DNA of 64,000 bases from a virus, in IMG/VR virus record IMGVR_UViG_3300025276_000001, positions 50,100 to 114,099 of that record, one strand, 5' to 3'. How positions within the stretch are numbered: the first letter of the stretch is position 1; each line of letters opens with the position of its first letter. The notes under the pieces were generated by a model. That model made no database searches. It saw only the letters and a program-made list of their open reading frames with translations, and was not told where the DNA came from. The position numbers were made by a program, and so were the translations under genes. Of this stretch, positions 50,109 to 58,709 are shown piece after piece.

Positions 50109-50438
50109 TTATACAGCCTCAACCCATACTAAGGTTGTTGGCTCTTTAGTCTCCATGTCAAGAACATAGTTCTCAGTCATTTGGAATCCCTCAAGCTCAG
50201 CACCTACATCATACGTTTGCTGAATAGCAGCAATAGTTGGATGGTCAGCTCTCATAGTCTCATTTGTTTCAGGGTCTATCAAAGATAGGACGCCAAATAC
50301 AATGTTAGATTGAGATCTTGTTGCCACTGGCATTCCAGCCAGTGAAGATTTTTTGTTTGCCAGAGGAGCAGATGATACAATCACTGTTGCACTGTTTCTA
50401 CTCTTGTTGATGTTTACTTTTCTAAAGAATACACTCAT
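50109..50438 (-). CDS. Hypothetical beta-rich protein (first gene of the leftward block)
   Basis: 109-aa ORF. Confidence 0.65.
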   Translation of the reverse strand: MSVFFRKVNINKSRNSATVIVSSAPLANKKSSLAGMPVATRSQSNIVFGVLSLIDPETNETMRADHPTIAAIQQTYDVGAELEGFQMTENYVLDMETKEPTTLVWVEAV

Positions 50439-50648
50439 AATAATAATATAAATTAAGTTAAACGAGGAATCACTTACGGGGGGTCACCCTGCCTCAATAA
50501 TTAGCTGGGGAGCAAACTCATAGGACCTCTCAAGCACTTAAAACACATATTTTTTTGGTAGGCAAAATTTTTTTTTGTGTCCCGTTACTTTTTCAATTTG
50601 TTTATATTTTGTATATTGAAATATAGAAGCCTACTTAAAAAAAACAAC

Positions 50649-50972
50649 ATGAGCAATTATAATGAAGACAAGGATGGGTATGATCCTATGGATGAGATAA
50701 AACAAAATGAGTTGGATGAAATAATATTAGATGATGCATTTAATAATTCATATAGGATTCTAATGAAGGAGTTAACATTTGTAGATGTTCTAGACAATGC
50801 AGATGACAGTGCAAGAGATGCAGTACTAGCGTTTGATCCTGATGCCGGTCCTAAGTTAAGTGACTTAGAGAATATGATAAGTTGGTTTATTGAGACAGAG
50901 GAGTATGAGAAGTGTGCAAGATTAAAAGTAGTAATGAATAATAAGTATCCTGATAGCGTATTAGTAGAATAG
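50649..50972 (+). CDS. UVR (UvrB/C-motif) domain protein
   Basis: FIETEEYEKCARLK; ATG 50649 preferred. Confidence 0.6.
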   Translation: MSNYNEDKDGYDPMDEIKQNELDEIILDDAFNNSYRILMKELTFVDVLDNADDSARDAVLAFDPDAGPKLSDLENMISWFIETEEYEKCARLKVVMNNKYPDSVLVE

Positions 50973-50977
50973 ATTGT

Positions 50978-51283
50978 ATGGCAACTAAAAAAATAATTAA
51001 AGAATTTAAAGATGCAGACCCAAAAGAAATATGGGGAGCAATAATAGAAAACTTTTTCTTTGGATTCAGTGGGGCCATTATTGTTCCATTCATTGCATTG
51101 AGGATTGACATAGCTGTATTGATTGGGTACATGTGTCATTACTTCTATATCAGTAAAGTAATTAATAGACCAAAGTATGTAACTAGTTTGGCAAAGTTTA
51201 TTTTGTTTCCTATCCCTACAGCATTGGGAGGATTTTCAGGATATAAGATAGCTTATTTAGTATCACAGTATTTAACACAATAG
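50978..51283 (+). CDS. Membrane protein
   Basis: Three hydrophobic segments. Confidence 0.6.
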   Translation: MATKKIIKEFKDADPKEIWGAIIENFFFGFSGAIIVPFIALRIDIAVLIGYMCHYFYISKVINRPKYVTSLAKFILFPIPTALGGFSGYKIAYLVSQYLTQ

Positions 51284-51286
51284 ACA

Positions 51287-51418
51287 ATGGCAAAAAAAGT
51301 AACATGGACATACGGAGGGAAGAAGTATAGCGGGACCTTTATTAGGGAAACTAAAACGCACACATATGCTAGAACTTCCAACGGTAAAGTCAAAACAATA
51401 AAAAAGAAAAAGAAATGA
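51287..51418 (+). CDS. 43-aa basic micro-protein, not in ORF track
   Basis: MAKKVTWTYGGKKYSGTFIRETKTHTYARTSNGKVKTIKKKKK; ATGA overlap with the next gene. Confidence 0.65.
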   Translation: MAKKVTWTYGGKKYSGTFIRETKTHTYARTSNGKVKTIKKKKK

Positions 51419-51582
51419 AAGGAGTAAAACACTATTTAAAAAACGGGACTGAATGGACAGGTACTAGTCATAAAATGTCTAATGGTAAATTACACACTGG
51501 TAAGACACATACTAAAACTAGTAAGCCTTTAGTTCATATGAAAGACTTATCTAAAACAGCTAAAGCTAAAGCTAAGAAATAA
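51415..51582 (+). CDS. 55-aa basic His-rich micro-protein, not in ORF track
   Basis: MKGVKHYLKNG...HKMSNGKLHTGKTHTK...; TAATG overlap with the next gene. Confidence 0.65.
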   Translation: MKGVKHYLKNGTEWTGTSHKMSNGKLHTGKTHTKTSKPLVHMKDLSKTAKAKAKK

Positions 51583-51836
51583 TGGCAACACCTAGAAAAG
51601 GAAAAGCAAAAGTCAAAGTAACTGCATCTGGAAAGAAAGTAAGTTACGGACAAGCGGGTAATGCAAAAGGAGGAGGACCTAGAGTAAAACCAGGAACATC
51701 TAAAGGAGACAGCTATTGTGCTAGAAGTTTAGGTATTAAGAAAAGAGTATCAGCTAAAAAAAGAAATGATCCTAACACACCAAACAATTTATCCCGTAAG
51801 AGATGGAAATGTTCTGGAGCTAAATCACGGAAATAA
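51582..51836 (+). CDS. Small very basic protein
   Basis: KKVSYGQ, GDSYCARS, RKRWKC. Confidence 0.7.
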   Translation: MATPRKGKAKVKVTASGKKVSYGQAGNAKGGGPRVKPGTSKGDSYCARSLGIKKRVSAKKRNDPNTPNNLSRKRWKCSGAKSRK

Positions 51837-52084
51837 TGACTGAAGCAGCAATAAGCCAACTTGGATTTAAAAGAGTCCACATCAACACAGATAATTTTAC
51901 TGAACATGATTCCTATTACTATTATGTATATAAAATAGGGAACTTGGAATTCACTAGCAATTCAAGTAATGACTTATCAGATGGATCGTGGTACACCGAA
52001 CTATTTGAAAGTGGTATAAGATTTCATAAATCTACTGAACTTAAAACCGTAATAGACTTATTAGAATACAATAAAATTTTTTAA
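51836..52084 (+). CDS. Hypothetical protein
   Basis: 82-aa ORF, translationally coupled. Confidence 0.55.
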   Translation: MTEAAISQLGFKRVHINTDNFTEHDSYYYYVYKIGNLEFTSNSSNDLSDGSWYTELFESGIRFHKSTELKTVIDLLEYNKIF

Positions 52085-52121
52085 AGTACGGCATAAACTT
52101 TTTTTATTTAAACTTTATACA

Positions 52122-52129
52122 TATATTTG
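52122..52129 (+). promoter_or_regulatory. Bacteroidota-type -7 element TATATTTG
   Basis: TAnnTTTG 27 nt upstream of ATG 52157. Confidence 0.45.
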
Positions 52130-52156
52130 TCTATTGTTTAACTTAAAAAATTTATA

Positions 52157-52471
52157 ATGTCAAATCAAAAAATCAACCCTAGTCTAGATCAAAAAGAACC
52201 TGAATTGAGTAAGGAAGAACTTACAGCAAGAAGGGAAGAAATCACTGCATTTTACAAAGACAACATTAAACACTTAGAGGTTCAAGCTGAGTATGAGATG
52301 TTATTATCTACTATTGAGAAAGCTAGGGCAGAAAGAATGCAAGCTCAAATGTTTATGTCTCAAACTTATGCTGACCAAAAAGAAGGTAAAGGTGGAGTAG
52401 CTCCTGATTCAGAAGAAGCAGTGGCATTTAAACAAGCTATGGAGAACGCAGCAAAGAATATTGATAACTAA
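52157..52471 (+). CDS. Coiled-coil hypothetical protein
   Basis: 104-aa helical ORF. Confidence 0.6.
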   Translation: MSNQKINPSLDQKEPELSKEELTARREEITAFYKDNIKHLEVQAEYEMLLSTIEKARAERMQAQMFMSQTYADQKEGKGGVAPDSEEAVAFKQAMENAAKNIDN

Positions 52472-52482
52472 AACTCAATATT

Positions 52483-53400
52483 ATGCTAATTAAAAAAGGA
52501 GACAACAGTCTTAATGTAAAACATCTACAGCAAAAATTAGGTTTAAAAGATGATGGTATCTTTGGTAGAAATACTGAAAAGGCTGTTATTAGATATCAAC
52601 TATCTAAGTCCCTGAGAGTTACAGGTATAGTAGATAGTGAAATGTGGGTATTACTTTTTAATGCTAAAGCTGGTGCACTAGAAGCAATAGATGAAGACAC
52701 AGATACACAAGGACAATACTATAGAACTTCATATGATCAATTGATTCATAAACATTATTTACCTAAAGGAGAATATATAGCAGGACCAATAGAGAATGAA
52801 TATATTTTTTTACACCATACAGCAGGATGGCATAATCCATACAACTGTATTGATCAATGGGGTAGAGATAGTAGAGGAAGAGTAGCTACTGAATTTGTTT
52901 TAGGTGGTAAAAATCACAAAGATGGTTCTAGTGAATTTGATGGTGTAATGGTACAAGCATTTCCAGAAGGAGGATATGGATGGCACTTAGGTAGAACACA
53001 ATCAGGTTGGATGAATAGACATTCTGTTGGTTTAGAGATTTGTTCTTTTGGTCAATTAGATAGTGATAAGAAAACTTACATAGGTACTACTCCATGTGAG
53101 GAAGAAATAGCAACACTGAAAGAACCATTTAAAGGAAGCCTTTATTACCATAAGTATTCAGATGCACAAATCAAAGCAACTGAAAAGTGGATTAGGTATG
53201 TAGGTGAAAGAGATGGTATTGATGTTAGAATAGGTTTAAAACAATTTATTCAAAAGCATGGACCAATTAAAGGTTTTGGATTTCAAATGGATGCTTGTTT
53301 AGGAAACGTAAAAGGATTATTAACTCATACTAATGTTAGACAGGATAAATCTGATTGTTATCCAGACCCTGACTTTGTAGATATGATCTTAAGTTTATAA
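52483..53400 (+). CDS. Endolysin: peptidoglycan-binding domain + N-acetylmuramoyl-L-alanine amidase
   Basis: VKHLQQKLG..DGIFG..TEKAV..YQ..GIVD; IFLHHTAG, SVGLEI, LTHTNV...DC. Confidence 0.85.
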   Translation: MLIKKGDNSLNVKHLQQKLGLKDDGIFGRNTEKAVIRYQLSKSLRVTGIVDSEMWVLLFNAKAGALEAIDEDTDTQGQYYRTSYDQLIHKHYLPKGEYIAGPIENEYIFLHHTAGWHNPYNCIDQWGRDSRGRVATEFVLGGKNHKDGSSEFDGVMVQAFPEGGYGWHLGRTQSGWMNRHSVGLEICSFGQLDSDKKTYIGTTPCEEEIATLKEPFKGSLYYHKYSDAQIKATEKWIRYVGERDGIDVRIGLKQFIQKHGPIKGFGFQMDACLGNVKGLLTHTNVRQDKSDCYPDPDFVDMILSL

Positions 53401-53402
53401 TT

Positions 53403-53774
53403 ATGGCAATAGTAAATAAAGTAGATTTAAAACTTAAAGTAAATATTAATACAACCATTAAATATCAGATAGTAAGCTTTTGTTTTTTTGAAAATATACT
53501 CATTAGTAATTCTGACTTAGAGTTCTTAGCAGCATTAGCTAAGAATCCTGAGATAGAAATATCTAAGTTTTGTATTATGTTGACTGAATTAAATATTTTT
53601 AAAAGTTCACAGTCAGCTAGAAATGCAATTTCAAAAGCAGAAAAGAAAAACTTAGTTACTAAAACTGGTAATAATAAAAAGACTATAGTATTAAACAATG
53701 CTATAAATATTCAAAAAGATGGATTGGTGTTATTAGATTATAAAATTTTAGGAAGTGAATCCAAAGAAGCATAG
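53403..53774 (+). CDS. Putative winged-HTH protein
   Basis: SSQSARNAISKAEKKNLV pattern. Confidence 0.45.
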   Translation: MAIVNKVDLKLKVNINTTIKYQIVSFCFFENILISNSDLEFLAALAKNPEIEISKFCIMLTELNIFKSSQSARNAISKAEKKNLVTKTGNNKKTIVLNNAINIQKDGLVLLDYKILGSESKEA

Positions 53775-54117
53775 GGAATTTAAAAATGGTATAGCAGAAG
53801 AAGTGGGAGTACATCAACAAGTAGTAGATGACTTTATTACTTTTTATTATGCTAAGCTAAGAAATAAACTTTCTCACTTGGACTTTCCAAGAATTAATGT
53901 AGAAGGTTTGGGTATGTTTGAACTGAGGAAAGGTAAACTTGAATCAGCTATCAAGAAAAACAAAAGCATGTTGGGAAACATAGCTAAAAGAACTTACAAT
54001 GGTTATGCTAAAAGTGAAGGTATAACTGAGAACATCAAGGAGATGAGTAAGGCTCTTGAACAAATTGAGACGGATAAACTAAACAGAATAGCATTTAAAA
54101 AGAAAAGAAATGAGTAA
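53755..54117 (+). CDS. HU/IHF-like DNA-binding protein
   Basis: IAEEVGVHQQVV...RINVEGLGMFELR. Confidence 0.65.
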   Translation: MNPKKHREFKNGIAEEVGVHQQVVDDFITFYYAKLRNKLSHLDFPRINVEGLGMFELRKGKLESAIKKNKSMLGNIAKRTYNGYAKSEGITENIKEMSKALEQIETDKLNRIAFKKKRNE

Positions 54118-54445
54118 ACCTTGGTCAAAATATTTACAAGCATTTAAGAATGCTGATCAAATTGCTGATGGAATAAAAAATAAGCTATTTAAAAAAGAAC
54201 ATGTTGAAGCTATATTTACTGATAGATGGCAGATATGTGTTAACTGTTCTGAATTGGATCTTAAAGGTGAAAATTGTTTAGCTCCTGGAACTCAACCTTG
54301 TTGTTCTGATTGCGGATGCAGTTTAGAATTTAAATTAAGATCATTATCTTCAGAATGTCCTAAAGGTAAATGGTCATTAATAACAAGTGAAGAAGAAGAA
54401 ACTTTAATTAATCAACAAATAGAAAACAATGGGAATTCAAATTAA
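54110..54445 (+). CDS. Cys-rich Zn-binding protein
   Basis: RWQICVNC, CCSDCGC, CPKGKW. Confidence 0.7.
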   Translation: MSKPWSKYLQAFKNADQIADGIKNKLFKKEHVEAIFTDRWQICVNCSELDLKGENCLAPGTQPCCSDCGCSLEFKLRSLSSECPKGKWSLITSEEEETLINQQIENNGNSN

Positions 54446-54525
54446 CTATGTATACAATGGAATAACAAGTAGCTTAAATACCAATCAAAGTGGAGGGTAT
54501 TGGTTTACTACAATAACTTAAGATT

Positions 54526-55338
54526 ATGGCAATATCATTTAAAGAAGAAGGTCACATTTATGAAAGTAATGACCAAGATCAAATTAATTGGACTAGCGTA
54601 ACATCATTTATAGGAATGTTTAAACCTAAATTTGATAGAGATGGTCAAGCTAAAAAATCTTCTAAGAACAAAAGATCTAAATGGCATGGTATGACTCCAA
54701 AAGAAATACTTACTGCTTGGGATAATGAAACTCAAAGAGCAATAAAATTAGGAAACTGGTATCATGATCAACGTGAAGCAGATATGTTAGACTTTAAAAC
54801 TATTGAAAGAAATGGTGTTGAAGTACCTATTATAAAACCTCTGATAACTGAAGAAGGAATTAAATTAGCTCCAGAACAAAAGCTTGATGAAGGTGTATAT
54901 CCGGAACATATGGTGTATCTTAAGTCTGTAAAGCTTTGTGGTCAAGCAGATTTAGTTGAAGTAGTTAATGGACATATTAATATTCATGATTATAAAACAA
55001 ATAAAGAAATAAAAGATAAAGGGTTTACTAATTGGGAAGGTATAACCAATAAACTTTATAAGCCTGTTAATCATTTAGATGATTGTAATCTTAAGCATTA
55101 TAACTTACAACTGAGTATTTATGCGTATATTATTAAGAAGCATAACCCCAAATTAAAAATTGGTAAACTAACAATTCAACATGTTAAGTTTGAAACAGTG
55201 GGTGAAGATAGTAATGGTTACCCTATTAGCAAAATAATTAATGGTGAACCAGTATTGCAAGAAGTAAAAATTTATGAACTACCGTATCTTAGAGATGAAG
55301 TTAATGCTCTAATGATTTGGTTAAAAGACAAAAAATAA
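54526..55338 (+). CDS. PD-(D/E)xK nuclease
   Basis: FKEEGHIY, SVTSFI, GQADLV, HDYKTN, YNLQLSIY. Confidence 0.85.
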   Translation: MAISFKEEGHIYESNDQDQINWTSVTSFIGMFKPKFDRDGQAKKSSKNKRSKWHGMTPKEILTAWDNETQRAIKLGNWYHDQREADMLDFKTIERNGVEVPIIKPLITEEGIKLAPEQKLDEGVYPEHMVYLKSVKLCGQADLVEVVNGHINIHDYKTNKEIKDKGFTNWEGITNKLYKPVNHLDDCNLKHYNLQLSIYAYIIKKHNPKLKIGKLTIQHVKFETVGEDSNGYPISKIINGEPVLQEVKIYELPYLRDEVNALMIWLKDKK

Positions 55339-55628
55339 TGGCAACAGTAGTAAATTTAACACAAGTACAAATAGCAAATAACACTACAAATTCAGAACAA
55401 TATATAGTTGAGGATTCAACTACTATAGTTTCTTTAAATAGAGAAAATATTATTGGTGTAACAGATTACTGGGATTTTTTATGTAGAAATCTAGAATCAG
55501 GAGCTCCTACCCCAAGATATTTAAATGCTAGAATAGTATACTTATCTACATCAGTGCTACCAGCATTAGTTGTAAGTAATAGTAAATCATCAATTGTAGC
55601 ATTAATAGCACAAAACCAACCTACATGA
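55338..55628 (+). CDS. Hypothetical protein
   Basis: ATG 55338 overlaps the upstream TAA. Confidence 0.55.
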   Translation: MATVVNLTQVQIANNTTNSEQYIVEDSTTIVSLNRENIIGVTDYWDFLCRNLESGAPTPRYLNARIVYLSTSVLPALVVSNSKSSIVALIAQNQPT

Positions 55629-56143
55629 TAGTTAGATTATTTGATATACAAAACAGCAAAGTAATTCCATCAGAACATTGCTATGCACTACCATTCTTAA
55701 AATCAATAATGACTGAGTATCCTGATACTTATATGCAAGTGTTTCAATACATTTTTTATATGAGTTGTCCTAACCCAGATTTAAATCCTTTCTTTAACTT
55801 ACCTGAACATGAGAAAGAAGATATTATTATTGAAGAAGTAGCATTAGAAGAGTCTCCTGAAGATGGAAAGATAAGATATGCACTAGATATGTGTAAGAAA
55901 ATGTATGAGACACCTACATACAGAGCATATGTGGGTATTAAATCTATGCTTGATAGATTGGCAAAGTATATGGAAGTTACTGCAATAGAACACGGGAGAG
56001 ACGGTAATATAAACTCAATGGTTAATGCGGCTGCAAAGTTTGAACAGATAAGACAATCCTATAAAGGAGCTTTTACAGATATGCAGAATGAACAAGAAAG
56101 TTCAGTGCGTGGTGGAGCAGGTCTTGCATATGATCAAGTGTAA
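55625..56143 (+). CDS. Hypothetical packaging-region protein (small terminase candidate)
   Basis: Helical, ends in VRGG, lies just upstream of GroES/TerL; positional inference only. Confidence 0.4.
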   Translation: MIVRLFDIQNSKVIPSEHCYALPFLKSIMTEYPDTYMQVFQYIFYMSCPNPDLNPFFNLPEHEKEDIIIEEVALEESPEDGKIRYALDMCKKMYETPTYRAYVGIKSMLDRLAKYMEVTAIEHGRDGNINSMVNAAAKFEQIRQSYKGAFTDMQNEQESSVRGGAGLAYDQV

Positions 56144-56224
56144 TGGATAAAAAACAAAGCCAATGGCATTTTTGCTATTGGGATGAACCAATATTTAATA
56201 AAGATAAACCAAAAATAAAAGAAA

Positions 56225-56509
56225 ATGGCACAACAAGTAATACCAGTAGGGAAAAAGATTCTGATAAAACAAAAAAAAGCAGCAACAAAAACTAAATCAG
56301 GTTTATATCTACCAGAAGCAGCACAAAAAAAAGAATATAAAGGTACTGTGGTAGGCTTAGGACAATCAGTAGAAGAAATAAAGATGGGTGATGTTGTTCA
56401 ATATACAGAACACTGTTTACCAACTAGAATGCAACATGATGGAGAAGAACATTTGCTTATCCAAGAAGGAGATGTATTTGCAATACTAGTTGATATAGCG
56501 GATGTATAA
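56225..56509 (+). CDS. groES: Co-chaperonin GroES
   Basis: PVGKKILI, KTKSGLYLP, GTVVGLG, GDVV, EGDVFAI. Confidence 0.9.
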   Translation: MAQQVIPVGKKILIKQKKAATKTKSGLYLPEAAQKKEYKGTVVGLGQSVEEIKMGDVVQYTEHCLPTRMQHDGEEHLLIQEGDVFAILVDIADV

Positions 56510-58688
56510 AGTTGTTCCTACATATAACAATGGAGTATGGGAAACAACTGAGTTTATAACTAAGGAAGATTTTATAGATTATATATTAAGTATATTTAGT
56601 GAGCCAGGAGAATATGGCTTTACTAAAGTGACTATAATGTTTAATGATGAAGCAAAAGCTTTTAATAAACAAGGATTCTATTGTAATAAACCATTTAGGT
56701 CTAAAGATTTTACTAATTATTGGGAAGATCAAAAGACTAAATGTAGAGAAGGAGTAATATATAAGGATGGTACTAAAAGTTTCTTCCTTACTAGAGATTA
56801 CTACATGTGGTTAAACTTTTTACCAATCTTTGATAAAGAAGAAAAAAAGTATGGTTTTGCAAAGGTTAGAGATGCCCAATATCACATGGCATTGTATGAA
56901 TTATTAGCAGAGTTAAACAATAAACATTCAGCAATACTTAAAAAACGTCAGATAGCTTCTTCATATTTTCATATGGGTAAGATTATTAATACTTACTGGT
57001 TTGAAGAGGGAAGTATCTGTAAGATTGGAGCATCATTAAAAGATTTTATTAATGATAAAGGATCTTGGAAGTTTTTAGATGAATATAAAACATTTCTTAA
57101 TGAGCATACTGCTTGGTATAGACCTAGCAATCCAGAGAAAGTATTACTATGGCAACAACAGATTGAAGTTAAAATAGATAACAGAAAAACAGCAAGAGGT
57201 CTTAAATCTAAAATACAGGGTGGTTCTTTTGAGAAGAATGCTACTACTGGGGTAGGGGGTCCATGTACATATTTCTTTCATGAGGAAGCAGGTATTGCTC
57301 CAAAGATGTCAGACACATATGAGTACTTACGTCCTGCAATGTCTTCTGGTATGATGACTACAGGTATGTTTATTGCTGCAGGATCAGTGGGGGATTTACA
57401 GCAATGTAATCCATTAAAAGAAATGATTTTAAATCCTAAAGCAAATGACATATATGCAGTAGAAACAAACTTGATGGATGCTGATGGTACAATAGGTATG
57501 GCAGGATTATTTATTCCTGAACAACATTCTATGCCGCCATTCATTGATGAGTATGGTAATTCACAAGTGCCAGAAGCAATTGAAGCAATAATACAAGAAA
57601 GAGCTGGTTGGAAAAATGAATTAAATGGGGAACAATTTCAATTAAGGATTTCTCAGAAACCAATGAATATTGCAGAAGCATTTGCATATAGAAAAGCTTC
57701 AATATTTCCACAAGGAATATTAACCAGACAACAAAAAAGAATTGAAGAAAAAGAATACCCTTATGAGTTAATAGAATTAGATAGAGATGAGAAAGGTATT
57801 TTTGCTAAAAGAACTAATAAACTTCCCATTACTAAATTCCCTGTAGATAAGAAACAAATTGATAAGACAGGTGTAATAGTAGTATGGGAAAGGCCAATAA
57901 AGAATCCAGAGTTTGGAGCATACTATGCTTCTATTGATCCAGTATCAGAAGGTAAAACAACAACGTCAGATTCATTATGTAGTATATTTGTATACAAGAA
58001 TGCAACAGAGGTTACTAGAACTACTGCTGCAGGAGATGTAGAACAATTCTTAGAAAAAGATAAAGTTGTTGCAGCTTGGTGTGGTAGATTTGATGATATC
58101 AATAAAACACATGAAAGGTTAGAGTTGATAATAGAATGGTTTAATGCTTGGACAATAGTAGAGAACAATATTTCTTTATTTATTCAGCATATGATAGCTA
58201 GAAAAAAACAAAGATACTTAGTACCTAAACAACAAATATTATTCTTAAAAGATTTAGGATCTAACAGAACTGTATATCAAGAATATGGATGGAAGAATAC
58301 TGGTACTTTATTTAAAAGCCATTTAATTTCTTATGCTATAGAATTTTTAAGAGAGGTTATTGATGAAGAAACTGATATCAATGGTGTTGTAACAAATCAA
58401 ACATTAGGTGTATCAAGAGTGCCAGATCCAATGCTTATAAAAGAAATGTTAGCATATTATCCTGGACTAAACGTGGATAGGCTGGTAGCATTTGGAGCAC
58501 TAGTTGCCTTTGTTAAAATACAACAGTCAAACAGGGGTTATTCAAAAAGACGTGAATCAGAGGGTAAATCTTTGGTAAATTCAGAAAAAATTGGTAAATT
58601 AAAGTATAGTCCGTTCAAAAATCTTGGACGTTCTAATACATCTAATAGTAATAGGCCTAAGCGGTCAGGTTTTAAAAATTATAAATAG
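56502..58688 (+). CDS. terL: Terminase large subunit
   Basis: LKKRQIASSY, Walker B FFHEEAG, nuclease motifs IDP, VENN, NVDR; lies upstream of the portal gene. Confidence 0.9.
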   Translation: MYKVVPTYNNGVWETTEFITKEDFIDYILSIFSEPGEYGFTKVTIMFNDEAKAFNKQGFYCNKPFRSKDFTNYWEDQKTKCREGVIYKDGTKSFFLTRDYYMWLNFLPIFDKEEKKYGFAKVRDAQYHMALYELLAELNNKHSAILKKRQIASSYFHMGKIINTYWFEEGSICKIGASLKDFINDKGSWKFLDEYKTFLNEHTAWYRPSNPEKVLLWQQQIEVKIDNRKTARGLKSKIQGGSFEKNATTGVGGPCTYFFHEEAGIAPKMSDTYEYLRPAMSSGMMTTGMFIAAGSVGDLQQCNPLKEMILNPKANDIYAVETNLMDADGTIGMAGLFIPEQHSMPPFIDEYGNSQVPEAIEAIIQERAGWKNELNGEQFQLRISQKPMNIAEAFAYRKASIFPQGILTRQQKRIEEKEYPYELIELDRDEKGIFAKRTNKLPITKFPVDKKQIDKTGVIVVWERPIKNPEFGAYYASIDPVSEGKTTTSDSLCSIFVYKNATEVTRTTAAGDVEQFLEKDKVVAAWCGRFDDINKTHERLELIIEWFNAWTIVENNISLFIQHMIARKKQRYLVPKQQILFLKDLGSNRTVYQEYGWKNTGTLFKSHLISYAIEFLREVIDEETDINGVVTNQTLGVSRVPDPMLIKEMLAYYPGLNVDRLVAFGALVAFVKIQQSNRGYSKRRESEGKSLVNSEKIGKLKYSPFKNLGRSNTSNSNRPKRSGFKNYK

Positions 58689-58709
58689 ACACAACTAAAC
58701 AAATCCGGA

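Larger units (their letters stand above)
49946..50514. repeat. 13-bp direct repeat TAGCTGGGGAGCA (49946-49958 and 50502-50514)
   Basis: Exact GC-rich repeat in AT-rich non-coding DNA. Confidence 0.7.

Noticed and set aside
46745-50648. tRNA genes or a CRISPR mini-array in the structured intergenic regions
   Set aside because: No T-loop/cloverleaf pattern was seen; the 13-bp repeat occurs only twice, about 550 nt apart.
56143-56295. 50-aa ORF overlapping the groES start (and a 30-aa ORF at 54429-54521)
   Set aside because: Plausible coupled micro-ORFs, but too short and featureless to support as genes.
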